Shown here: positions 23,456 through 31,482 of the stretch, piece after piece
Layout of the letters: each line of letters opens with the position of its first letter
How positions within the stretch are numbered: position 1 is the first letter of the stretch
Assembly (NCBI GenBank): GCA_002413865.1
Contig: DHXX01000012.1
Coordinates: 20,241-84,240, forward strand
Direction: 5' to 3'
DNA length: 64,000 nt
Origin: Candidatus Saccharibacteria bacterium UBA5145
GTDB taxonomy: Bacteria > Patescibacteriota > Saccharimonadia > Saccharimonadales > UBA4665
Notes under the pieces: model-generated
What the model saw: only the letters and a program-made list of their open reading frames with translations
Databases searched by the model: none
Told to the model about the DNA's origin: nothing
Program-made: the position numbers and the translations under genes

Positions 23456-24400
23456 ATGTTTACGACCTTTATAGTCCAGCCAATCTTTAACCTGTTAGTG
23501 TTCATTTATGCCCTTTTGCCGGGTCACAACTTCGGTCTGGCGCTGATTATCTTTACCATCATTATCCGCCTGTTGCTGTGGCCGCTGGTGCGCAAGCAGC
23601 TCCACCAGGCCAAAGCCATGCGCCAGCTCCAGCCCGAGATCAAGAAGATCAAGCTCGCCACCAAAGGCAACCGCACCAAAGAGTCGGCCATGATGATGGA
23701 GCTCTACAAAGAGAAGGGCATCAACCCCCTCGGCACCTTCCCGACGCTGATCGTCCAGATGATCGTCCTGCTCGGCCTCTACAGCGGCCTGCGCAAGGTG
23801 ATCGCCGACCCGCACACTTTCGTGTCCTTTGCTTACCCGGCCCTGCAGCACCTGCCGTGGATTCAGCACCTAGCCGGCAACATCAAGGCCTTCGACAGCT
23901 CACTGTTCGGTGTCGTCGATCTGAGCCGCCCCGCCATCAAGGCCGGCAGCGGCCTCTACCTGCCGGCCTTGATCATCGTCCTCGGTAGCGCCATCGCCCA
24001 GTACTTCCAAAGCAAGCAGCTGATGCCGACCAGCAAAGACCAGCGCGGTCTGCGCGCCATCTTGCGCGACGCCGGCAACGGCAAACAAGCCGATCAGTCA
24101 GAGGTCACCGGTGCGGTCGGCCAGAGCACGATCGTCCTGCTCCCGGTCATGGTCTTCTTCTTTACGGTCAACTTGCCAGCCGCCCTCAGCTTGTATTGGT
24201 TGACCGGTGGAATCGTGGCTTATATTCAGCAGAGTATCGTCCTGAACAAGGACGAAGGCGAGATGGAGAGTATCGCCGATGAACCAACCAAGAAGGACCT
24301 CGGTAGCATCCCCGAAGCCGAAGTCGTGGCCGACGCCCCAAAAAAGGTCATTAACCCCGGCAAAAAGTCCAAAAAACATAAGGCGAGGAGACAGCGATGA
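23456..24400 (+). CDS. yidC: membrane protein insertase YidC (short monoderm type)
   Basis: GLALIIFTIIIRLLLWPLVRKQLHQAKAMRQLQPEIKKI and LPAALSLYWLTGGIVAYIQQ, with a basic C-terminal tail. Synteny is rnpA-yidC-jag. Confidence 0.9.
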   Translation: MFTTFIVQPIFNLLVFIYALLPGHNFGLALIIFTIIIRLLLWPLVRKQLHQAKAMRQLQPEIKKIKLATKGNRTKESAMMMELYKEKGINPLGTFPTLIVQMIVLLGLYSGLRKVIADPHTFVSFAYPALQHLPWIQHLAGNIKAFDSSLFGVVDLSRPAIKAGSGLYLPALIIVLGSAIAQYFQSKQLMPTSKDQRGLRAILRDAGNGKQADQSEVTGAVGQSTIVLLPVMVFFFTVNLPAALSLYWLTGGIVAYIQQSIVLNKDEGEMESIADEPTKKDLGSIPEAEVVADAPKKVINPGKKSKKHKARRQR

Positions 24401-24867
24401 ACCCATCAATCGACGAAGCTACCCAGTTCTCTAAGAAGTTTCTAGAAGATTTGTTGACTTTCTTTGGCCTCAACACCGAAGTCGAAGCGACCGCCGACGG
24501 CGAAGTCATCCAGTTGAACGTCCCCAGCACCAGCCTGAACGGTTTTTTGATCGGCCAGCGCGGCGACAACATGCGCGCCTTGCAGTACCTGACCAGCACG
24601 GCCCTCAAAAACAATGATTTTGAACACGCTCGGGTCAACGTCGACGTCGCCGAGTATAAAAAGCAACGCGCCGACCGCCTGCGCGAAAAGGCCGTCGACT
24701 GGGTCAAGCAGGTCCAGACTAGCGGCGAACCGATGGCCCTCCAGCCGATGAACGCCGCCGACCGCCGCGTCATCCACCAGTTGGCCGTCGAGTACGACTT
24801 GGCCAGCGAGTCGGCCGGCGATGGCCGCGACCGTCACATCGTCCTCAAGCCCTCCAGCAGTGAATAG
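24397..24867 (+). CDS. jag: Jag/KhpB-type RNA-binding protein (KH plus R3H domains)
   Basis: 4-nt overlap with yidC. GFLIGQRGDNMRALQYL (KH-like) and C-terminal R3H motif NAADRRVIHQLAVEYDLASESAGDGRDRHIVL. Confidence 0.85.
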   Translation: MNPSIDEATQFSKKFLEDLLTFFGLNTEVEATADGEVIQLNVPSTSLNGFLIGQRGDNMRALQYLTSTALKNNDFEHARVNVDVAEYKKQRADRLREKAVDWVKQVQTSGEPMALQPMNAADRRVIHQLAVEYDLASESAGDGRDRHIVLKPSSSE

Positions 24868-24940
24868 TAATCAGTAATTAGGAAGTAGGGGAGCTACCGT
24901 AGCTCAATCTATTTCCTATTTCCTAATTACTATTTACTAC
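24866..24940. repeat. family V purine-rich inverted repeat (AGGAAATAGG type), terminator-like
   Basis: agtaatcagtaattaggaagtagg ... ctatttcctatttcctaattactatttactac, directly after the jag stop. Relatives lie at 20663-20704, 20868-20900, 58172-58218 and 62731-62798. Confidence 0.7.
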
Positions 24941-25033
24941 ATCACGCAATTGACAATAAAGCATAACCATGATAGTCTATGGTTAAGTTAAGGCACTTTA
25001 AGCCGGTACTAAAACAAAAAGGAATCAATCATC

Positions 25034-25297
25034 ATGAATAATCAATCAATCTCCGAACTCGGCCTCGTAACTCGCGGCGAGCGAATTCCCGAAGCAGAAT
25101 ATCAGCAGTTCCCCCGCACCCCCGATGACGCTAAGGCCGCGGTGCAAACCGAGATGAGCGGCAAATGGGATTCCCACGAACAAGCCCTGACTTTGCCACC
25201 TGTGGTCACAGAAATAGGTATCAAAGCCGTCGAAACAGAGGCCGTCGTGATCCCCGTGACCATTAATAACAGCGCTGATATCGAAGGCGCTCTCTAA
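25034..25297 (+). CDS. small acidic hypothetical protein (87 aa)
   Basis: ORF preceded by the leader aaaacaaaaaggaatcaa, which is duplicated before the next ORF. Shares GKWD and a C-terminal IE..L with its neighbour. Confidence 0.45.
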   Translation: MNNQSISELGLVTRGERIPEAEYQQFPRTPDDAKAAVQTEMSGKWDSHEQALTLPPVVTEIGIKAVETEAVVIPVTINNSADIEGAL

Positions 25298-25372
25298 GCC
25301 CGGTTTAACCAAGCTCCGTTATCTCGTCTCAATGCCCAACGCTCCCCAAAAAAACAAAAAGGAATCAACGAA

Positions 25373-25642
25373 ATGAAACACCAATCACCCCAATCACACG
25401 AATCGTACCATTCAAACTACGGATTAAAGCACGAAATGTGGGAACGCACCGGAGCCGACGCGCTCGCCGCCTTCAAAGACAACAAAGCCGCCGAGGAAGG
25501 TAAATGGGACGGTGAAGCTCGACCTGGGGGCGACTTTGAAGAAAAGGTTCGAGAGATACCCACCCAGGCCGTCATGGACATGGTAGAAATGTTTCCTCCG
25601 GCAGTCGCTTCCAAGACCACTGGAATCGAAAACACCCTCTAA
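25373..25642 (+). CDS. small acidic hypothetical protein (89 aa), weak paralog of 25034-25297
   Basis: Same leader sequence, GKWD motif, C-terminal IENTL. Followed by a terminator. Confidence 0.45.
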   Translation: MKHQSPQSHESYHSNYGLKHEMWERTGADALAAFKDNKAAEEGKWDGEARPGGDFEEKVREIPTQAVMDMVEMFPPAVASKTTGIENTL

Positions 25643-25695
25643 ACAGGGCCCAACCAACCTTAGCGGTTTAGTCGCATAACCGCTAACTGTAAGAT

Positions 25696-25727
25696 GCGCT
25701 CCTGGACCCAACCCGGAGCGCGTTTTT
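25696..25727 (+). terminator. rho-independent terminator
   Basis: gcgctcc-tggacccaaccc-ggagcgc followed by GTTTTT. Confidence 0.55.
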
Positions 25728-25751
25728 CGTGGACCAATACTTTGCAGTCTC

Positions 25752-25905
25752 GTCATCCTGAACGCCCTTTGTCATCCTGAACGGAGTGAAGGATCTGAGC
25801 CCAACCAAATCAATGCTCAGATGCTTCGCTGATGCTCAGCATGACAAGCTAAAAGATGCTTCGCTGATGCTCAGCATGACGGGGTTCGCTGACGCTTAGC
25901 AGGAT
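25752..25905. repeat. mosaic cluster of GTCATCC-tagged repeats with extra half-units
   Basis: A lone tag at 25752, a type III element at 25771-25845 whose right arm is the variant gctcagatgcttcgctgatgctcagcatgac, then a second copy of that arm (about 25853-25880) and a degenerate third. Confidence 0.8.
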
Positions 25906-25908
25906 TAG

Positions 25909-27006
25909 TTATTTGTCGGTGAGGGCGGTTTTGTAGACGGCCAGGGTTTGCTCGGCCATACGTTTCCAGGAATAGGTGGCCGCTTGGGTGTGGCCGGCCG
26001 CGATTAGGCGGGCGCGCAGGTCTTTATCGGTTATGACTTCGTTGATGGCGTCGGCCATGGCTTGGACGTCGAGCGGGTCAAAGTAGTGGGCGGCGTCGCC
26101 GTAGACTTCGGGCAGGCAGGTGGCGTTGCTGCTAACGACGGGGGCGCCGTGTTGCATGGCTTCCAGCCCCGGCAGTCCAAAACCTTCGCTTAAACTGGGG
26201 AAGACATAGGCCGCGCAGTGCTCATACAGCCAGCGCAGCTCGCCCTCGCTCACAAAGTCGGTGAAGATGACGTTAGCGGTGCCCTTAGCAGCCACCAGCG
26301 CCGCTGTGCGCCGATAATTGGCGTCGGTTTTGCCGGCCAGCACCAGGTGGAGGGCAGGGTGGTTGGCGCGCAGTAAAGTAAAGGCTTCGATCAGGCGCTC
26401 GAGGTTCTTGTGCGGCGTCGGTCTACCCACGTACATAATAAATTGCTTATTTTGCAAACTGGGGAGGGCAGCGGGGGAGGCGACGATCGGGTCGGCCGCC
26501 TCTAAGGTGACGGTAATTTTGCCTGGGGAGACGCCCGCAAACTTGGCCAGGTCGGTTTTGACGAATTCGCTCGGCGTGATGACGGCCAGCGATTTACGCG
26601 CCGCCCGGCGGATAACTTCTTTGTAGATCGACTGTTTGAGCTTGAACACCACCTTGTTCTTAGCCGGATTGTCGAATCTAACAGTGGTCAGGTCGTGAAT
26701 CGTGGTGACGACGCGGCCGCGGTAGAAGACCGGCTGCTGGACCATGCCGAAGTGCACCAGGTCGGGTTTCAAGCGGTCGAGCTGGCGCTTCAAGCCGATT
26801 TGTTCGTCGAAGCTAAACTCGTCATGCGGGCACGCCACCACCTGCCAATGTTCGTTTTTTGTTCGCCAACCCGCCACGTCCTTCGTTCTGAGCAACACCA
26901 CGTAGTCGTTCTCGGTATCGACCTCCGGTAAATAATGCAACAGCCGCTCGATATACTTGCCGGTACTGGTCCGCAGTTCCCTCGCGTCAATCACGATTTT
27001 GCTCAT
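25909..27006 (-). CDS. glycosyltransferase family 1 (GT4-type)
   Basis: C-terminal GT-B motif VFPSLSEGFGLPGLEAMQHGAPVVSSNATCLPEVYGDAA. Confidence 0.85.
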   Translation of the reverse strand: MSKIVIDARELRTSTGKYIERLLHYLPEVDTENDYVVLLRTKDVAGWRTKNEHWQVVACPHDEFSFDEQIGLKRQLDRLKPDLVHFGMVQQPVFYRGRVVTTIHDLTTVRFDNPAKNKVVFKLKQSIYKEVIRRAARKSLAVITPSEFVKTDLAKFAGVSPGKITVTLEAADPIVASPAALPSLQNKQFIMYVGRPTPHKNLERLIEAFTLLRANHPALHLVLAGKTDANYRRTAALVAAKGTANVIFTDFVSEGELRWLYEHCAAYVFPSLSEGFGLPGLEAMQHGAPVVSSNATCLPEVYGDAAHYFDPLDVQAMADAINEVITDKDLRARLIAAGHTQAATYSWKRMAEQTLAVYKTALTDK

Positions 27007-27220
27007 CAGGCTAGGTCTCCAACAGATATTTTAATTAGGGGCATGGCTTAACTATAGCAAAACCTAGTCAGCCGACACCCTACGAAGCCCTGAAATCTTT
27101 GAGAACTTCTCTTAGCGTTCGATGGCGTGACGGGTCTGAGAAGGGTTCTGATTTTATTAGTCGCTGAGACGGCATTGAGTGTACACTTGAGCTAATTACC
27201 TAAACATAAGGATTATTCTA

Positions 27221-27808
27221 ATGAGCAAATTCCGCCAAAACCAAACCGGCAGTGTCGTGATCGTAGTGCTAGCTTTAGTTATCGTGGCCCTGACCGGTGC
27301 CGTGGGCTACTTGGTATACCAAAACCAACACAAGGCAGCGCAAGCTTCGACTCCAACAACCGCCGCCGTTCCTAAAACGACGACCACACCAACCGCACCA
27401 ACCAAAACCACCCCTAGCCCAACCACCTTTAAGGTACCAGAATTAGGGATACAGCTCCTGAACGTTCCGACGACTATTAATGATTTGAACTATGCCGTTA
27501 CAATCAACAGCTCAACCTTATCGAGTGCACTATTTTCGACGATTAGCCTCAGTAACCTAGACAAAGGATGCTCGCCGACCGGGATTGTTTCTAACGGCGC
27601 GCTAGGAAGAAACAAAGGAACTTTTGATGTCAACAACGACGGTCTCTTCACGACTTTTGTTAAGCAGTTCCCCGGCTTCTGGATTTCCTACGAACACCCA
27701 CAAGCGGCCTGTTCGGACAACCCCGCAGCTGAAACGTTGCACGCTTCACAAACAACCATCTTCCAGAAATTGGTCATGAACCCCGCCAACATCGAAGCCA
27801 TCCAGTAG
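27221..27808 (+). CDS. membrane-anchored hypothetical protein with Thr/Pro-rich linker
   Basis: N-terminal TM segment VVIVVLALVIVALTGAVGYLVY, linker TPTTAAVPKTTTTPTAPTKTTPSPTT, and a globular C-terminus with 2 Cys. Confidence 0.5.
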   Translation: MSKFRQNQTGSVVIVVLALVIVALTGAVGYLVYQNQHKAAQASTPTTAAVPKTTTTPTAPTKTTPSPTTFKVPELGIQLLNVPTTINDLNYAVTINSSTLSSALFSTISLSNLDKGCSPTGIVSNGALGRNKGTFDVNNDGLFTTFVKQFPGFWISYEHPQAACSDNPAAETLHASQTTIFQKLVMNPANIEAIQ

Positions 27809-27868
27809 TCAGCCGCCAGTCACATACAACGGTTTTTGTTTCCAGTAACAACGCAGTCCTTATGCGGT

Positions 27869-27900
27869 GTCATCCCAGCGCAGGCTGGGACCCAGTCAAT
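27869..27900 (+). repeat. single GTCATCC hairpin unit overlapping the GIY-YIG stop codon
   Basis: gtgtcatcccagcgcaggctgggacccagtcaat. The TGA of the minus-strand gene (27896-27898) lies inside the unit. Confidence 0.8.
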
Positions 27901-28186
27901 CAAGTAATCCGCTAGAAAGATCTTTCCAGCCCGGATTATTTTCTTCTATCAATTGTAGCTTCCAAATTCGCCTCCAAGCCTTGATATTCTTCTCTCGTCT
28001 AATCGCTTCGTCGACAAGTTCATAAGTTTCGTAGTGCACTAACTCGGTAACATTGTACTTTGTGGTGAAACTGGAATATGATTTTGAACGATGTTCGTCG
28101 ACGCGACGCGCCAAATTATTGGTAATCCTAGTATAAAGCGTTCCGTTGCGCTGGCTAGCTAGGACGTAGACGAAATACTGTTTCAT
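27896..28186 (-). CDS. GIY-YIG nuclease family protein (stand-alone, UPF0213-like)
   Basis: YFVYVLASQRNGTLYTRITNNLARRVDEHR...EAIRREKNIKAWRR matches the GIY-YIG core (Y-V-Y...G-T-L-Y...R...E...N). 96 aa. Confidence 0.8.
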   Translation of the reverse strand: MKQYFVYVLASQRNGTLYTRITNNLARRVDEHRSKSYSSFTTKYNVTELVHYETYELVDEAIRREKNIKAWRRIWKLQLIEENNPGWKDLSSGLLD

Positions 28187-28246
28187 GACAACATAATAGC
28201 GAACGCCAATTAACTAATTATTAAATGGTGTGCTTCCGCACGAATA

Positions 28247-28409
28247 TTGACTGGGTCCCAGCTGGAGCCTGTGCTGAACTTGTTTCAGTGCTGGGATGAC
28301 ACCGTACTTTGTCATCCCAAACTTGATTGGGGATCCAGTCAGTATAAGGATTCTATTTTGACTGGGTCCCAGCGTTCGCTGGGATGACAAGAGGTAGTAC
28401 TGGGATGAC
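28247..28409. repeat. mosaic cluster of GTCATCC-tagged repeats
   Basis: A variant inverted unit (ttgactgggtcccagctggagc...ctgggatgac), the linker accgtacttt, a full type I element at 28311-28388, then an extra tgggatgac tag. Confidence 0.85.
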
Positions 28410-28418
28410 AATGTGCAG

Positions 28419-29471
28419 TTAGGGTTTGCCAGTAAGTTTCCACCAGCGGGCGCGCAGCGATCGGAGAGCTTTGGCGTTGGGCGGTAGGTCGTGGGTTAGG
28501 ATGCTCCAGATGTAAGCATCAGACACGGTGCGCGTTTTTTGGATGCGGCGGCGGGTACCGATGTTCTTGATCAGTAGCAGGGTGCCACGGGTGTCGCCTT
28601 GCAGGGCGATCCAGCCTTGGCCACGGCTGATGGCGCGCAGAAAGAACAGGGTCTGGGCGATCGTGAAGCGCCAGCCGACCCGCCACAAATATTTCCGCGG
28701 CATATTCTTAAACAGCACCAACTGCTGGTTCTTCATCGTCTGGTAGGTGGTAAAGCCCTTTAACTTGCGGCTGGTGGCACCGATCTGGTGGTAGGCTACC
28801 GCGGCGGGTACGTAGCGCACCTGCCAGCCGGCCAGCTGAGACCGGAAGCTGAGGTCGACATCTTCGTAGTAGGCAAAGAAATCCTCGTCAAACAGCCCGA
28901 TTTTCTTCAGCATGCTCACCCGGTACAGGCTGGCGCCGCCACTGGCCCCAAAAATGTCGGTTTGGTGCTCATGCTGCTTGGCGTCGGCCTCGCCGCGCCC
29001 ACGCGGATAGGGCAGGCCCCAGACGGTATACTGGTCGCCGGTGCTGTCGACGTGTTTGTTATCGATGCTCATGAAGGCGCAGGTGGCGATCCCGACGCTG
29101 TCGTCGTCCATAGAGCCGACCAGACCAGCCAGCCAGTCTTTGTCGGCCACGGCGTCGTTATTGAACAGCGCCACATAGTCGCAGCCTTGCTCGATGGCGT
29201 AGCGGATACCGACGTTGACGCCCCCGGCAAAGCCGAGATTCTTGGGCTGGGCCAAGACGGTGACACCAGGGTAGTGCTCGGCCAAAAACTCCACCGAACC
29301 ATCGGTCGAGCCGTTCTCTACCACAACGGTCAGATGCTTCTGGGTCTGGGCCATCAGCGAGTCCAAACAGGCTTTCAAGACGGCTTTCCCGTCCCAGTTC
29401 GGAACGACAACAGCTATCTGAGAGCCTGTTTGTACTTTTTTTTCGGCCTTGATACGTTCGACTTCAGTCAT
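28419..29471 (-). CDS. glycosyltransferase family 2 (rhamnosyltransferase-like)
   Basis: IAVVVPNWDGKAVLKACLDSLMAQT...VVVENGSTDGS...FNNDAV...DEDFFAYYEDVDLSFR (GT-A fold, DxD and ED motifs). Confidence 0.85.
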   Translation of the reverse strand: MTEVERIKAEKKVQTGSQIAVVVPNWDGKAVLKACLDSLMAQTQKHLTVVVENGSTDGSVEFLAEHYPGVTVLAQPKNLGFAGGVNVGIRYAIEQGCDYVALFNNDAVADKDWLAGLVGSMDDDSVGIATCAFMSIDNKHVDSTGDQYTVWGLPYPRGRGEADAKQHEHQTDIFGASGGASLYRVSMLKKIGLFDEDFFAYYEDVDLSFRSQLAGWQVRYVPAAVAYHQIGATSRKLKGFTTYQTMKNQQLVLFKNMPRKYLWRVGWRFTIAQTLFFLRAISRGQGWIALQGDTRGTLLLIKNIGTRRRIQKTRTVSDAYIWSILTHDLPPNAKALRSLRARWWKLTGKP

Positions 29472-29497
29472 TTCTTCCTCTATAATACCGCAAGACG

Positions 29498-30298
29498 ATG
29501 AGACAATACGTATCTAAACAAAACCGAGCCTTATTGAGCGAGCTCGTCCGTACCGACTTCAAGCTCCGCTACCAGGGCTCCGCCCTCGGCTACGCCTGGT
29601 CCCTCCTCCGCCCACTGCTGTTGTTCGTGATCCTTTACGTTGTCTTCGTGAAGTTTTTGAAACTCGGCAACGGCATACCACACTATCCTGTCTATTTATT
29701 GTTCGGTATCGTACTGTGGAACTTCTTTAACGAGATGACGGTTATGAGCCTGGGATCGATAGTCGGCCGGGGTGACCTGATTCGTAAAATCCGTATACCG
29801 CGCTGGATAATCGTTTTCAGCAGCAGCCTATCGGCGCTCATCAACCTAGGCCTTAACTTGGTAGTTATTCTCGTCTTTATGTTAGTCAATCACGTTGATC
29901 TGTACCGCACAGCGCTGTGGCTGCCGTTAATACTTATCGAAATTTATTTATTCGCCCTTGGGCTTTCGTTGTTCCTGTCGGCCGCATTCGTAAAGTTCCG
30001 CGACATCGGCTATATCTGGGAAGTTATTATGCAGGCAGGTTTTTACCTGACGCCAATCCTCTACCCGTTATCCAGAATAACTAACGTAACACTGCAAAAG
30101 CTCCTCCTGTTAAACCCAATGGCCCAGGCCATCCAGGACGCACGCTACAGTACTATTACCCATGAAACCGGTACAATTTGGCAGGTTTTTGACGGTGGGT
30201 GGTATTATCTGATTCCGTTTATCATCGTCGCGGCCACGCTAGTTGGCGGTCTGCTGTACTTTAAGAGTCAGGCCGACAGCTTCGCGGAGAATATATAG
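29498..30298 (+). CDS. ABC-2 type polysaccharide/teichoic-acid export permease (Wzm/TagG-like)
   Basis: 266 aa with six predicted TM helices. N-terminal LVRTDFKLRYQGSALGYAWSLLRPLL is the ABC-2 signature. The start of the ATPase gene abuts its stop. Confidence 0.85.
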   Translation: MRQYVSKQNRALLSELVRTDFKLRYQGSALGYAWSLLRPLLLFVILYVVFVKFLKLGNGIPHYPVYLLFGIVLWNFFNEMTVMSLGSIVGRGDLIRKIRIPRWIIVFSSSLSALINLGLNLVVILVFMLVNHVDLYRTALWLPLILIEIYLFALGLSLFLSAAFVKFRDIGYIWEVIMQAGFYLTPILYPLSRITNVTLQKLLLLNPMAQAIQDARYSTITHETGTIWQVFDGGWYYLIPFIIVAATLVGGLLYFKSQADSFAENI

Positions 30299-31480
30299 AT
30301 GGATAATGAAACTGCAATCAAGGTAGACCATGTCAGTAAGACCTTTAAGCTTCCTCACGAAAAGAACAACTCCATCAAGGGTGTAGTTGTAAATTTTTAT
30401 AAACGCAAAAAAACATTTGAGACCCAGCAAGTCCTCAAAGACGTTTCGTTTGAAATAAACAAAGGTGAGTTCTTCGGTATTGTCGGTCGCAACGGCAGCG
30501 GTAAGAGTACTTTACTCAAAATGATAGCCGGCATATATGCTCCCAGTGAGGGAAATATTCATGTGAATGGCAAAATTACGCCTTTTATCGAGCTCGGCGT
30601 GGGCTTCAGTCCCGAATTAACCGGTCGCGAAAATGTTTTTCTTAATGGCGCTCTCTTGGGGTTCAACCGCAAAGAGATGGCAGCTATGTACGAAGATATT
30701 GTCGCATTTGCAGAAATTGAAAAATTTATGGATCAAAAGCTCAAGAACTATTCATCGGGCATGCAAGTACGACTTGCATTCTCGATTGCTATTAGGGCGC
30801 GTAGCTCAATATTGCTGCTGGATGAAGTGCTCGCAGTGGGAGATGAAGCATTCCAAAGAAAATGTTTTAACTATTTTGAAACACTTAAACGGAATAAAAA
30901 AACTGTAATAATTGTTACCCATGACATGTCCGCCGTAGAGCGTTTCTGTAGCCGGGCAATGTTCATTGAAGACGGTGAGATTAAACTTATAGGTAAGCCA
31001 AACACCGTTGCGGCTGCTTACAGCCGAAGCAATGACGAGAACTATAAAATCGCAAAAGTAGAGAAAATTGTCGAAGAAGTTCCGCAAGAAACATACGGCC
31101 TGACCATAACAACTAAAAACGACAGAGGCATCAGTACTAACAAGTTTACCTCTAATGATTTAATGACAGTTTCTCTAGCTTGGGATAACCCAGAGGTTAA
31201 CAACGCAAGCGTAACTATTATCAGACAAAGTGGAGAATGTATGTTTGGGACAGGCACATACCAAGACAAATTTGAGTTCAGTCTTCACGATAAGGTTGAT
31301 TATGAAGTTGCTCTTAACCTTCAAGAGGGCGAGTATTATCTTCAAGTTGGTCTGGGGCGCGAGGGGCAAGTAAAACCGGTTGTATTAATAAACAATGGGC
31401 CGAGTTTTGTAGTTAATAGAGACAAGTCCGATTCGCGATGGGATGGATTCACAAAACTGAAGCATGAGTGGAAACAGTAG
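30299..31480 (+). CDS. ABC transporter ATP-binding protein (Wzt/TagH-like) with C-terminal glycan-binding-type extension
   Basis: Walker A GIVGRNGSGKSTLLK, signature YSSGMQVRLAF, Walker B ILLLDEVLAVGD, plus a ~150-aa beta-rich C-terminal domain. Confidence 0.85.
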   Translation: MDNETAIKVDHVSKTFKLPHEKNNSIKGVVVNFYKRKKTFETQQVLKDVSFEINKGEFFGIVGRNGSGKSTLLKMIAGIYAPSEGNIHVNGKITPFIELGVGFSPELTGRENVFLNGALLGFNRKEMAAMYEDIVAFAEIEKFMDQKLKNYSSGMQVRLAFSIAIRARSSILLLDEVLAVGDEAFQRKCFNYFETLKRNKKTVIIVTHDMSAVERFCSRAMFIEDGEIKLIGKPNTVAAAYSRSNDENYKIAKVEKIVEEVPQETYGLTITTKNDRGISTNKFTSNDLMTVSLAWDNPEVNNASVTIIRQSGECMFGTGTYQDKFEFSLHDKVDYEVALNLQEGEYYLQVGLGREGQVKPVVLINNGPSFVVNRDKSDSRWDGFTKLKHEWKQ

Positions 31481-31482
31481 AA

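Noticed and set aside
22715-23456. Minus-strand ORFs 22715-23035 and 23160-23456, both ending in ELTFNFMNFITF
   Set aside because: The shared C-terminus is simply the translated family IV repeat. The ORFs are antisense to rnpA and to repeat DNA.
25034-25642. Toxin-antitoxin pair
   Set aside because: Both small proteins are acidic, similar to each other and separately led by the same RBS region. There is no toxin-like fold motif or overlapping-gene architecture.
28214-28411. 65-aa ORF in the GIY-YIG / GT2 gap
   Set aside because: It lies entirely within GTCATCC repeat units. Peptides like LGPSQ and GMTK recur wherever the repeat is translated.
28788-29501. Long antisense ORFs inside GC-rich genes (also 12366-12998, 52354-52782, 62240-62671, 11003-11509, 56103-56720)
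   Set aside because: Each lies opposite a gene with clear family motifs and is rich in Arg/Ala/Gly/Val, as expected for open antisense frames in GC-rich DNA.
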